A stretch of 64,000 nucleotides of DNA from the human T2T-CHM13v2.0 reference genome, Homo sapiens. The DNA lies in assembly GCF_009914755.1 (NCBI RefSeq), contig NC_060932.1. One strand, written 5' to 3'. Under the pieces are notes generated by a model. The model was given only the letters and a program-made list of their open reading frames with translations, was not told the origin of the DNA and did not search any database. The position numbers and the translations under genes are program-made. Positions 31,574 through 46,998 of the stretch are shown here, in pieces (position 1 is the first letter of the stretch; every line of letters starts with the position of its first letter).

Positions 31574-31590
31574 GAAGAAGAAGAAGAAAC
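31250..31590 (+). mobile_element. Alu with an expanded middle poly-A and a (GAA)n tail
   Basis: Dimeric Alu. Confidence 0.9.
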
Positions 31591-33412
31591 TACCTATAGA
31601 AAAACTGCATTCAAAATTCCAAAATAAATATATTTATAAATAAACCTTCAAAACACTATTATTTGTAAAATGAAGGTTTTCTACATTCTTGTAATATCAC
31701 TGTTGAATTTTAAGACTTGCTCAGTGACCTCAGAGTACTGAACAGCAAAAACACATTTAAAGGAAATTACAGTCACATTAAAGAATATATTCAAAGTTAA
31801 GATTACTAGATCAGTCCATCTAACTGGTATACATTTTTGCCTCATGCCAAGAAAGGACCCGACACTAATAGCAGCCAAAACTCAAATGTTAATGCATTCC
31901 TATTCCCCACCATTAGGGCTGTGTTTCTTTCTCCCCAGTCTTCCCATATGATGCCATGAGAACTAAAAGCCTATAAAGAAAGAACTGAAAAAAAGTGAAA
32001 ATGTATTTTTAAAAGCAATAAGGATCAATGATAAAAAGGCACACTGGTGGGCACAAAAAAAAGTGTTCAGATTTGCTTCTACATAGGTTAATGTGCCACA
32101 CCGCTAAGAAAAACCAAATGTATTCTGACTCTTTTTGGAACAGTAATTGATTAGACTCTCGGAAATTTAGAGAGAATTTTTTTTTAAAGGTAAGCAGAAG
32201 CATCATCCTCAAACTGTATGAAGGAGTTTGAAATTCTCTAAGCTTTATAATTTTTAAAAATGTAGAAAATTATTTACATCTAGTAAAATTTCAAAATTAC
32301 ACCAAAACCAAAAGAATACAAAAAATCAGGAAGGGCCAAGAAATATCAAAACTCACTCATTAAGTGCAATAAGTCCCCAACTGATTTCTTTCTGAAACAT
32401 ATTTTAGGTGAATCTATTCCAATAAATGCACAGAACACACAACGGTAAGCAATCAACAGTCTGGGGTCTCAACATCAAAACAGTTTAATGTGCTGCTTTT
32501 GTTTGAAGTCCCCTGTTAATAACAGTTAATTTATAAGCTTCTCAAAGCAATAAACAGCACTCTTTAAAATATCAGATAAAAACATAATTTATATAAGCAA
32601 AGTCCATCAACTGGAATATAATCAGAAGTTCACAGACTGTAAAGTCTGTCTACTTCTGGAAAAACTATTCTTTAAAAATGATTTTGTTTATGTATCTTGT
32701 TTTTTCACTCCCTGTTCCTTGAGAATTTGAGGACTGAATCTTTGTTTCACGGTAGTTCATCAGCATCAAATGTTTGCACTTCATTTGGATTATAATCCTC
32801 TCTTTGTAAGTGATGAAACAGAATAAGCAGAAAACAATGTGAAACAGAATAGGTAACAAACACATCTGAATTAAATTACTTTTCACAAACTTAAGCCCAA
32901 TTACTGTGAAATGATATAAGAGAATATAGCATCAAGTCTTCAGGAGTGAATCACCAATTATATACACGAGTGGGGGATAAGTGGTTGATTTTTTATTTTA
33001 TGCGTTTATATCTTTTTTATAAAGGTACAAATTAGATGGTTTCTATTGAAGTTGGCATTTGTCATAATATTCTTAGAAAAAGCATGGCAAAGAAAGAGCA
33101 AAATGTTCATTATAATTAAATGGCATTATCTTTTAAATTATCTTTCAATGGCATATGGGGGATAATTTTTTTCTCACCTAATTTTCTTTTATTTCCAAGT
33201 TTTCTATAATAGGAATACATTACTTTTGAAAAAGAAGTCTATTTTAAAATAGTCTTTAAAGTTAGACAATATAAGCTCAATGTGTTACAAGAAAAGCCAA
33301 GTCCTAAGATCTGTATTTTTAAAGGGTTTTTTAAAGTTGATGAAGTAACTCTATTACATTTATAGATTTGTTCTTGAACAAAATAATATTAATTCTGATT
33401 AATTATTTTTAC

Positions 33413-33535
33413 CTGTTCCCTTCCGTGCAAGTTCCAAACTCCACTGGGGTTTTGTGGTGGGTGTGCTGTCACAGCCTGCTGAGTGCTGGGGTATTAAAGC
33501 AGATCGGGAGCTAGCTGGCCGATATTTCGAGAGCC
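33413..33535 (-). CDS. TAF2: TAF2 penultimate coding exon: (G)LSKYRPASSRSALIPQHSAGCDSTPTTKPQWSLELARKGT(G)
   Basis: cattttag|GGCTC ... AACAG|gtaaaa; 123 nt, phase 1 to 1. Confidence 0.94.
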
Positions 33536-33678
33536 CTAAAATGCCAAACAAGAGAAAAAAGAGGGATTTATTTCTTTGTTTCCCAAAAGAAAAAAAAAGG
33601 CTGACAGGTTTTTATAAGCTAGCCTTAAAGACAGAAGCAATTCATCCACAGTAAAATTCTAACAATTGAAAGAATACT

Positions 33679-33985
<307 letters not shown>

Positions 33986-35166
33986 GTAAACCTGAGTTAT
34001 TTTACAGTTACTCTAAAAGTTCTGAATTATTACACTGATGACAAGTGCTATGACAGATAATGGTCATAAATGAAAATTAATGAATTACAACTTATATACC
34101 AATAAGAATTTTAGAAACATAACGCTAAGTGAAAAAAAGCAAGTCATGTTATACCATTTCTTAAAAAATTCAAAAAAGAAGTGCAACTAAATATACAGGA
34201 TCACATACCTATGTGGAACACTATAAAGAAAAGCAACAGAATGAAATTAAAAAAAAAAAAGAAAATGCAATATAGTAGTTACTTGTAGTGGAAAGGCAGT
34301 AGAACAGGACCAGGGAAAAAGCATATACGAAACATCTGTGCATGATATATAATGTACATGTTAACTTTGGTGGCAGGTACACAGATACTTGCTTTATTAC
34401 TATATGTCACAACTTTTATCAAAGGCTTTTATTCCTTAAAAATTAGAAAAAGCTTATGATATAAACTGGTATAATCTCTCAAAAAACATGGCAATACATA
34501 TCAAGAGCTATGAAAATCTAAAGACATGTATCTCACAATATAGCTAACATTAATCTTTTCACTAATAATACATTTCGGGAAATTTATCCAAGAAACATAA
34601 ATTAACAAAAAAATAAAGTGCAGAATTACCTACAATACATAAAAATGAAAAACAACCTAATGCCTATCAATAAGGAAATGACAAGGTAAATCTTAATATA
34701 TTGACTCTATGTTGTCTTAGGTAGTATTTTCAAAAGAAAACATGCTTTTTGAATGATGTAGGAAAATGACTGACATAATATTATATGAGATAGGCAGGCA
34801 AAAAGAGAAAGTGGTGCTACAAGCAGCTTTAACTGCAGTTAAAAAAATTAATGTAACTATGGTTACATGAAGTCAAGTCTACCACATACACACACAAAAG
34901 AGAAATCAGAGCTACTAGAAAGAATCTGAATGATGGATTTTATACAAGCAAATACTTAAAAAGGACCAAAATAAAAAAGCCAAAAGAAGCACTTTTTCTA
35001 TTTGTTATTTTGCCAATTTATGTTATAATCTGCTACAATTTAATATTTTAAGCTGGCTAATTTTAAACTGTATAGTTGTTCATTTGAAAATAAAGTAACA
35101 CACATTAGAATACTGACATCAACCAATGTCTCCATCTCCTCAATGATTGCAGAATACTAATCTTAC

Positions 35167-35272
35167 CTGGAGTTGACGGCCTTTCAAGCATGTTTAAATG
35201 ATGGGAAATGAAGGCCTGGCTATCATGAACAGTATCCATATCAATCTCCTCCTCATCTTGAGAACTGGAAAA
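35167..35272 (-). CDS. TAF2: TAF2 coding exon: FSSSQDEEEIDMDTVHDSQAFISHHLNMLERPSTP(G)
   Basis: tgttttag|TTTTCC ... CCAG|gtaaga; 106 nt, phase 0 to 1. Confidence 0.94.
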
Positions 35273-35759
35273 CTAAAACACACACACATAAAACAGAGGA
35301 TAAAAGAACCATTACATCATGTTATGTTTGGATATTAGCTCTTAGGAAAAGTAGCAGAGAGGCCATAGGATATACCCCCATATAATCTTAAAATAAAAAG
35401 TAGTTTCTTTCTTCAAAGATATTAAGAGAAAGAAAAGATTATGTGGTCCAGCCTCTAAAAGAAGCCAATTAGAAATTACTGGAAATGTAATAGCAACTAA
35501 AATCTACTCCTATTTTGTGAGAAAAAGTAGTGAGTTGTGGTGGAACGTGCACACATAGTTCCTCCCCCAAACAGAGAAGAATTATGTGATAATATAAGTT
35601 AAATACTTGGTTCGAATGTCTCAGAAGGACCTTTGAGTTTTATAATGCAGTCTGTTGCGTGTGTTCCTGCTAAGGAAAAACCACTGCAAGTATTCAAAAA
35701 GATTTACAAGAAGGTGAATATCCTACACTGTTAATACAGGTTTAACCTGTATTTCTTAC

Positions 35760-35915
35760 TCTGATTTTGAGTTTGACTTTACTGCTATCCTCATTCTTCT
35801 CCAGTATTTGACCAGGTTCTAGTGGGGACCCCAGTGGTGTATCAGACTTCCTCTTCACTCCCTGCTGATGAGCTGATATATTACATGATGCTTCCTTGGC
35901 AAGGTGATCATCTTC
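35760..35915 (-). CDS. TAF2: Putative TAF2 alternative cassette exon (52 aa): EDDHLAKEASCNISAHQQGVKRKSDTPLGSPLEPGQILEKNEDSSKVKLKIR
   Basis: gccgcag|GAAGAT ... ATCAGA|gtaaga; 156 nt, phase 0/0, matching the phase-0 intron it sits in; no stop; non-repetitive and protein-like. Confidence 0.7.
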
Positions 35916-36673
35916 CTGCGGCAATATTCAAGATCAAAATTAGATTTCTGAAGACGAGTAGCTCATATTATAGCTGAAAACTAATAGCTATAGCAACCAT
36001 GCAGATTAGAGCATGCCCAGTGCTAGAAATTATCAGCAATGGGCTTAAAATAAATGTAATCTTTTCTTGTCTGCTGGTCTTTTTGGGGGGAGAAGGGAGG
36101 TATTTAAGTGAACTTTTAGAGGTTTCCCAAAAGAACATGTCCTTTGATGCCATTTTCTCCTCTTAGCCTGCAGTGTGAATGTGGATAAATTAACATATAT
36201 GAGCAAGAATTATAAATATATCAATTTTCACAGGTTGATGAGTATGTAGATCTGAAAGAGCTCTTTAATGAGACTCTTTTTTTTCTATGTAAATGTCTGT
36301 CTTACTTCTTCATAACCCAAACTCTAGGACATATTTTAAATTGACAACAAATAAGTATGATGATACTTCAGAAAATTTAGGTGAATAAGCAAATTTAAAA
36401 TGAACTATTACTAACTAGCATAGAGAGAATCTGCATTTTAAAGTGTCAAAACACCAGTAGGGAATTGCCAGGCAAGTAATCTGGTCTAAATATTGGTGAA
36501 AAATGAAGCTTGAAGTATTGGAGACATTTTGTCATCAATAAAAAAACATTTCAGGAAAAATTTATTTAAATTACAGTAAAATGATTAATATGTATCCTAT
36601 AAGTCTTTCTACAAAATGTCTGGTAATTTTATAATACAAAGGTAGAAATAAAAGCTTCTCTAAAGGCAAACGA

Positions 36674-36674
<1 letters not shown>

Positions 36675-36722
<48 letters not shown>
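36675..36722. repeat. (TG)24 microsatellite in a TAF2 intron
   Basis: Read directly. Confidence 0.95.
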
Positions 36723-36723
<1 letters not shown>

Positions 36724-36965
36724 TATAAAATGTTTTAAAATGTAACACACAGTCTCCTCCCAAATCAGCAGATTATTAATTTACCTAGTCATTCATTCAT
36801 TCATTATTTATTTCATTCAACAAGCATTTGCCAGGCATTTATCATATGTTTAGAACTGTGCTAGGTATTACACAGAGCAACAATTTTAAAAAGACAAGGC
36901 CCCTGTTTTCACGTGGCTTACCATTAACACATATGGGACAAGATGGGTTAATATGTAATAGGTTA

Positions 36966-37280
<315 letters not shown>

Positions 37281-37587
37281 GGTTATTCGTTTCTATCTTT
37301 TGCTACTCAGAGAAGAAATTCTATGCTCAAGTATAAAAAAAATAACTAGGTTATCACAATACGAGTAACAGGACCGGGAGCACATCATTCGTTATGTGCA
37401 GTTTTATAGTTGCCAGTAGCATTTTATAATTGGCACAGTACTAATCAAATGTCAGCCAGCATTTTTTAAAAGGACACAAGAAACTGTGTTAGTGGCTATA
37501 AAATTCACTAGTTCACAGGAAACAATTCTCTTCTCTAGATCCTCTATATAATGAAACTACGTCTTCTGTAATACATGTGATTCTTAC

Positions 37588-37817
37588 AGGGTTCTGAAAT
37601 CCAACTAGCTGTGGGTGACTGCTTGGATTATTTGCAGCTTCTTGGTTGCCTGCTACTGACTCTGGAATTATGGTAGGATTCAAGACAGCTTTTTTCTCCT
37701 TTAGATTAAGAACCAACCCAAGCTCTGGCAAGGGTAAACAGGAAGGTCTACTGAGGCCAAAAAGTGTGAAGTACAAGTCCACAGCACCACACCGTAACCT
37801 CCAGTCATGTGAAGTAC
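37588..37817 (-). CDS. TAF2: TAF2 coding exon: (G)TSHDWRLRCGAVDLYFTLFGLSRPSCLPLPELGLVLNLKEKKAVLNPTIIPESVAGNQEAANNPSSHPQLVGFQNP
   Basis: tttttag|GTACT ... AACCCT|gtaaga; 230 nt, phase 1 to 0; lies inside ORF 37513..37869. Confidence 0.95.
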
Positions 37818-38724
37818 CTAAAAAGTAAGTAATAAAGAAATGAGTCAATATGCACATTGATTCATACATTTTAACTGTCCCAGAACCTGAACAACAAAAG
37901 GAACTTTATAACTGGAAAAACCTTTATCACACCTTTCATCTTACAAAATGAATACTAGACATCAACCAAAAATCTAACATTCCAAAAACTGTATTTTTAT
38001 AGCCTTAATTCTTCCTTTTTATTCTTTCTCCTCAGTAATTATCCCACATTCATTCATTCTCTGTTCATCGTGTCTGATTCTCTTCATTAACAGCCTGTTA
38101 GGAAGACAGCCTCCATGAGCCTTTGCATTCCCTATCATGGAAACACATTTTCTGATCTCTAGAACTTACTACTTTCAGGTTTTACATATAGTAAGAAACC
38201 ATACAACTACTATTGGACTTATTGTAAAGGAGGAAAATATTTTGCTAAACACCTTTGTATTTGTGTTACTGCAGTGAGAACTTATTTATGATTTTTAAAT
38301 AACAGAAATAAGCAAACCACAAGCATGACAATGGGCAGTAGACGTGGACTTGACCAGAAAATAACTGCCTGGGTAGAAGTTCAGTTTCTCCTGGTTGACA
38401 CACTAGAGGCAAGTTCTTTCCATTTCTCTGAGTCTCAGTTTTTTCTTCTCCAAAATAGGAGTTTTGGTCTCAAGTCATACCGTACCCCACAGCAATGACA
38501 GATCAGAGCACATTGATACCAGGGTTTTCCCGCCTTCCTTTTCTCCCCAGTAGAACACTCCAGTAGATATTGTCATCAAATAGAACTGACTAAAAAGATG
38601 AAATTTGTCAGCTAGGGTTACACAATCTATATGGTTTCTAGTCAGAATTTTAAATGACTTGAAGAGTATAGAACAAATGAACAGAAGAAAAGTGGATATT
38701 CTTCTTGAGAAGAAAAAAAACCCC

Positions 38725-39065
<341 letters not shown>

Positions 39066-40987
39066 CTAATTTTTACCAAGAACTGTTGTTTCAAAAGAGT
39101 ACCACATTTAAAAAGGAGAAACAAAAAGGAAAAAATTTGGATATCATAAATATTAAACTTTGTGGTTTTCCACAACAAATATTAATATAAGTAAATAAAT
39201 TATCAACTAATAGTAATTCTTATCAGATTTACTCTAACAGGTAACTATTAATTATACGCAAATCTGCAATGGGAAAAATTGTAAACTCACTTTCATACTA
39301 GATAGTGCATTGTACTAGGCCACTGTGCATGCTATAATGTTGTGAAAGAGCTCTCATCATTCCTACTTCAGACATTTTCAGTTTTGCTGCTGTGTGACAT
39401 ACAACACTGGTAGAAGCAAGAGACAGGCAAGAGCTACAGACAACCAAGTAATGGAAAAAACATTACATAGTAAAAGCAAGAATTTTACACTGGAAACCCA
39501 TTTTCCCTTCCTGGAATATGCATATGTGGACACTTCAATAGCTTGAGGTAGTATTATTTTGTAGGCATTCATTTCTCCTCCTCAAAGCATTTTACATATA
39601 GAAAAGTTCCACAAAGAGGAGGTTATCAGATTCCTGGGGCTTCTATTAGCAAAGGCTAGAGGGTCTCAACCCTCTGAGGGAAGGGAAGAAATGCCAGGAG
39701 TGAGCAATAAAAAGTCTGGCAACCCAGAGCAGCTGGCCCTGTATCTCTCTATCCATGGGTATAGCAAGAAAAGGAGTGAATCTTAGGCATTTTATCAGTT
39801 AAAAAAAAAAAAACAAAAAACAGAACAGAACAGTTTAGAGTACATTTGCTGTTTGGAAGAAAACTAAACCCTGAAGATCAATGTCGCCATGATTATGTGT
39901 GCTACAAAAACCAGCCTGAACTTTTGTATGCTGTCGATGATCTCAAAATGAGTCATTCAATTGTGAATCCCTTAACATTTAAAAAATATATGTTAATTTT
40001 AAAAGACAAATTGAGTATGTGTATTTTGATGAGCTAGGGCTTTTATTTTGTTTTTGAACGTCAGCTTAAGGATGATTAGGCAGCACAGTAAAGGCTGCTA
40101 AGTGCACTGAAGCCCTCGAATATGATTTTGGTTACTTTTTATTTCTATGTGGGCTTTTTGGTTTTGCTAGACCTTTAATTTGGACAAAGGAATGAACACC
40201 ACTGTTTTGTTCCTAAGGGAGGTTCTTGATAGTGTTTTCTGTCTTCTAAAAATGAACTTACATATTAAAATTGGAGACAAGGGAGCTAAAAAATGAATAA
40301 CAGTACTTTTGTTAAAAGTACAAAAGAGAGCAAAAAATAGAGATAAAAGCCAAAATTTCATTGTATTTCAAAATCATGGAATAAAATCTTAAGATGGTTG
40401 TCACGTTAGTACATTAGTATATTTCACTTAAGTTGAGAGACAGAATGGGAAAAAAACACTTCTAATTAATTGCCTGTTAGCTCTGTGACCTTGGGCAAGT
40501 CAGCTGTCTGGGCTATAACTGAGATGATCAGAGTAGTTCACTCAGATGATCTTTAAGACTCCCCTCATCAGGTCTAAAATCTGATGATTCCAAGTCAATC
40601 AATCCCATTGGAGAGAGGCCCTGAACAGCCTCTGATTTCTGCCTTCAGTTACAGTATTCTGAAGACCCATCTTTAATCTTCCAGCTACCTCCCCTTTCCC
40701 CATCACTTATGGCAACGAATGATCACATGACAAAATGACAGTCACTAGTCTCTCCTCCCAGGAAAATTGCTATTCATCCTGTCTTCATTAGCAGTTATAC
40801 TCTGAGACCAAGCCTGTTTATCTGAATTAGAACAACAACACTCAAGAAGTAGGAAACCCAGTATTAATGTTGTCTATTCAAATCAGAAAGTGCCTTGAGA
40901 CAAACACCACCAAAGTAGTAAATCTGATCCTACCGAAAAATCATCTCTTCATTTTCTGAGGTAACTGCTATTAAAACTGATCAACTA

Positions 40988-41282
<295 letters not shown>

Positions 41283-43896
41283 TCACTTTGAAAGCCACTG
41301 TTTTCAGGACACTTCTGAATAAACCCAGCACTCCTTATTGATGGCTGAAGCTTAGAAATTTGTACACAGTTAAGCCAGAAATACAACTCTCACTGGGTAT
41401 TATTGTCCTGACTGTTCTGTCCATCTTACAATAAACAAAAACAGCAAACTCATTTCTATTTATGTGTGTGTGTGTATATATATATAATTTCCTAAGCAGA
41501 TGAATCAATATGTTTTCATTTTCTTCAACCATTTCCATTCCTAAGAAAGAAGGTATTAGGGAGAGAGACGGTGGGACAGAGCTTTGAAACCTTCTGATGT
41601 TAATATCAAAACTGTTTATTTTCTTACTCTGAAACCTGGCAAATCCTATCAAACTGAATTAGAAGTTGTCCCTCATTCTACTCCCTTGAGTGTAGTTGTA
41701 AATTTCCAAACATTAAAAATTATGATGTAAATAAACAGCATTCAATGACTTGAACAATTAATATTTTTATGTCATTCTTATAGTAATATGCCAGACACTA
41801 AAGGTCAATGTGGAAGCAACAGCTAAAATTTCCTTCATAATGATAAAGAGTCAAAGATACCATCTCCTCAATGAAGATCTGTTTCTTCAGAAATAAAAAA
41901 AACACTCTATTAGGCAAGACAAGCAAAAGTATTTAAGTCTTAAATAAAATATGGAGCCCCAATAAAAATCTCCAATTCTTAGGTTTTAATTTTTTTAATG
42001 TATTTTAAAATTATTGTCATTTTGGCCTGTAATTCAGTATCTTACTTGAAGCTATAAAGGCAGGATCACATATATTCTGAATTTTGATACATATTCCTTT
42101 GGAAGAGGAAAATTATTTCTTTCAGTGTGGAAAAAAGCTACCACACCGCTAACAAAAGTCAGCCTGGTTCTAGCAACACCTGTCCCTCATTGCCCAGAGC
42201 ATAAAATCTAAATTCCTGAGGCCCTTCGCATTTAGATCCTAATCTATCTTTCCAGATAATACTATTTTCTAAACACTCCTTCAGAACATAAGGCTTTTAT
42301 ATATAATTCTACTACCTAAAAATGTATTTATCCTGCTGGAAAACTTCTTTACATTCATCAAGAGTTACCTCAAATGCTACCTCTCCATGAACATTCTAGC
42401 ATTCCAGACAGGGTTCATGACTCCTTTCTTTGGGTTCCCCAAATAGTTTGTTCTCTTTACTTTAGCAACTATCTCTTCATATTATAATTTATCTGTTCCT
42501 ATGTCTCTCTTTCCATTATACTTAGTTAATACACAGAAAACATAGCATAGTAACAAACAGAAAGTGCTCAAGAAAAAAACAGTGAATTAATATGTGAAAC
42601 CTTTAAAAACGACTGCCCCTGGCAAATGAGATATTTTCAATTAAAAATAAACCTATTTATTTAAGAATCTTAAGCAACCATGGACAAAGACCATATAATG
42701 TAAAAGGTCCTTGTCTTTAAAAATGTTTACTATCTTTCTGTGGAGCATTAGTTTAAAAGCTGTCATGGGAATTGCAAAGAGCATTTTTGGAAACAACTGG
42801 GGAACTGTGAATATGGGCTATATACTGGGTGGGGTTTAATGATCATATTGTCGATATGTAGAATGACCTTATTCTCAGGAGTATATACTAAAGTATTTGG
42901 AAAGAGGGTAATGATCCCATTTATTTTAAAATGATTGAGAAAACAACCAGATATAAATATAATATAAAGAAAGAGAAGGAAAAGGAGATAAAGTAAATGG
43001 TAAAATTTTAACTGGTGAATCAAACTGAAAGTATATGATTATGCATTGTATTATTCTTAAAATTTTTAAGCTTTAAAAATTTTAGAAACAAAATGCTGAA
43101 GATAAAAATATATGAAAAATTAAACTACATATAGAATGGGTTAAGATATCTGATACGTGTATGAGTGAATATACACATATATAGGTCAGTGTGTGTATAT
43201 ATTTACAAAGCAAAAACTGTTGGAAAGATACTAGAGTACCTCCCAGAATTTAAGGCTAAGTGGAGTTACTACACACCAAGAAGCAGGCAGAGACCAGGCA
43301 GCCCTGAGATCTCAAAAAGTTTGTCTGACAACCTTCCCTCTGGGATATGGTCACTAAAGTGATTCAGCTACCAAGAGCCCTCAGTTTCTGTACCTGTCTC
43401 TCAGCTCCAAATTCCCCTAGCATATTTCTAAAATGAGTACCAGTATTAACTGAACGGCACATGAATTTTTAAAAGTCATGAGTATCATTCTGTCTCACTC
43501 TCAAATTGATTTCAGTTTTTCAAATCCTGTTTCTATAAATCCAACCACAATTTCTCTCTCGTTGAAAAGTTTGATTCTTCAGAATAAGAAAACAAACTCT
43601 AATTCTTCAAAAGTACATGATAAGATGATCCTTCTGAACTGCCATGATATTCTTACCTAGATATTTTAAATTGGTTCAGTAAATTTTGTAACTATGCAAA
43701 GTCAATATACCTCAAATCCACTTTGTGGAGAGAAATAAATTAATATAATTACATCTATGTTGTTCACAGTTTTTGTTTTCCAGATAACGCTTATCTCAAG
43801 TGACCAGATAGCCCAGAAGCCCCAAAATGAGGAGCAGGCAGGGTTCCAGCGGATTTGGGGACTTAAATGATGCTCTAGCTCCTTTTGTTATTGATG

Positions 43897-43949
43897 AATC
43901 CTCATTACCATTTCTTAAAACAATCCTCATTACCATTTCTTAAAACAAT
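43897..43949. repeat. Perfect 25-bp tandem duplication
   Basis: aatcctcattaccatttcttaaaac at 43897 and 43922. Confidence 0.92.
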
Positions 43950-45286
43950 AACCATTAAGAAGATAATATAGCAGTGTGAAAAATTCTCATGATAAAATGC
44001 TATTTTAAAACTTTTCTTTCAACTATAACTATATAACACAACACACACACAATTATTTTTTCCTAAAGGCCAAATATACCCAAATCTTAATAAACCATGC
44101 CCAGCCAGTTTATTTTTCTTCTCAAGAATTATGTAATATTTCTTTTTGTAGTTTTTTTCAGATAAACTCTGTAACATGATTATATTACTTTTGCCATTAA
44201 ATTTTTTTAAATCAAATAAAAAAAGTATTTCTTAGATCAGATTCATTCATTTATCCCAAAGGTTCAGGCTTGGAAAGGAAATGACAATACTCTGTAGTCC
44301 ATCTTCGGTATCTATTGTCCAATGTTCTATAAAAACATTTTTTTAACCCTCCCAATTATTCATGCCACTCCCATTGTTCATATTGTTCTCATTTATTTAT
44401 AAATCTGAAAAACTAAGTAATAAACTGTTTATGACTATAGCCTCACTGATCTCACTGGTTTAAATACTGGCAGAGAATTTTAAACCAAAGCAGAACTTTA
44501 CTGTACTGCACACTATCAAAATTAAATACTAAACATCAGTCACAGCTTGAATTTGTACAATCAAACCTTCCAATGAGCTTCAAATGTTTTATAAAAATTG
44601 TCTCATTAATCTTGAACACATATTTATTTTGTCCAAAACATCTTCTTTAGAAAATAATAAAATAATTCTTCATATTTCACTATGCTTTCTTCAAATTTGT
44701 AACCTATCATGGTCAAGGAATCATGTATTCTGGTTAAAAAGGTATTCAATACAGCAGAGTGAGTGCCACATATGAACTGTTGAATGAACCTTTATAAGTT
44801 CCTGAACTTAAGTGTTAATTCCCTGGGTCTAAATAGCAGAAATAATAATATCTTTTAAGGTAGCCAAAGGAAGCAAATATAAAACATTATGTAAAAAGCA
44901 GCAATCATTCTTTCAGAGATTAAAGAAAACATTAGAAAAAAAATTAGCAATATTTTAGTATAAACTGGTTTTATGTGTTATTTTCTAAAGACCCTGAGGA
45001 CAAGGTCCATCCTATTTTCAATTTTATTATATTTCACATAAATACCTACTATGGTGCCTTTACTCGGTGGTATTGCACTGTTATTATGAAACAGAAAAAC
45101 AGAAGTTATACAACCACTTAACATCTCAATATTAGTGAACTAAGTAATAAAATAAAAGAATTAAAATTTGGTATTTAATTGTGAGCCAGTGAAGTAGCTA
45201 CTAATGAGATAGGCAGGACAACTTATTTTCCAATATCATAGAGAGCAAATAAAGTGACATACTCAAACCTTTTAAATATTTGGATA

Positions 45287-45632
<346 letters not shown>

Positions 45633-46079
45633 TTAAGCAAAAGACATTTCAGCCTAGCTTCTGACTGAATCTTTAAACCATTATTACAATTTCAACCTAT
45701 CACAGACATAAGGCAAATTTTCTTTAAAGGTACACATTTATAAATCAATAGGAAAGAATCAATAATTCAATTAAATAAAATGGCAAAGAATATGAGTAAT
45801 TTGGAAAAACAGAAATACAAATAGCTCAAATATTGAGAAGCGTAACTATCATTAAGCTAGCATAACATTTTTGAGTATTTCATATGAGCCAGACACTGTG
45901 TTTTACAGACACTCATTTAATTCTATTTGTAGTAGGTATCATTATCACCTACATTTTACAAATGAAAACAGTTCAGACAAATCACACATTAAGTAAATAA
46001 TTGAGCTAAGATTCAACCCTTAGCAAAATGGTTCCAGAGCTAGCACTCCTAAACACTGTTTTCTTACCTCTTGACCTCA

Positions 46080-46480
<401 letters not shown>

Positions 46481-46888
46481 TTATTCTATATGCACTACCT
46501 GCCTCTGGAAGGATACACAAGAAATTGGTTACCCCTGGAAAAGGCCACTAGATGGCCAGGGAAAGACGTGAGACTTACTTTTCACTCCTTTGTAACTTTC
46601 TGAAATAATAATAATACTTTGCAGGCTCATGTTTATAGCACCTTAACCATTTGACACTTTCATACAAATAAAGAGTTTTGTTTCCTCAACCACACTATGG
46701 AGTAAAGTGAGTATATCCTTAATAAATGTTATCACAGCCACCACTGTGAAGGTGTGATAGTCTACTTAAAAGAAAAAAAAAAATCTCAACTTTTACCTTT
46801 AGTTCTAAATGCTATTGAATTGAAAATCTGTTGTAAAATCAAAATACTCTAGTAATAATAAAAACAATTTAAATCCCTGCTCTCTCAC

Positions 46889-46998
46889 CAGAATTCATAA
46901 GTTTCCAAAGTTGATCTACCAGGGCTTCATTGCATAAGGGAGACTCCATGTTCTTAGTAAATGGTGGGTTCTTAGTCAACATGTTGAGAATCTTATGC
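46889..46998 (-). CDS. TAF2: TAF2 coding exon: (R)HKILNMLTKNPPFTKNMESPLCNEALVDQLWKLMNS(G)
   Basis: ctttcag|GCAT ... TCTG|gtgaga; 110 nt, phase 2 to 1. Confidence 0.94.
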
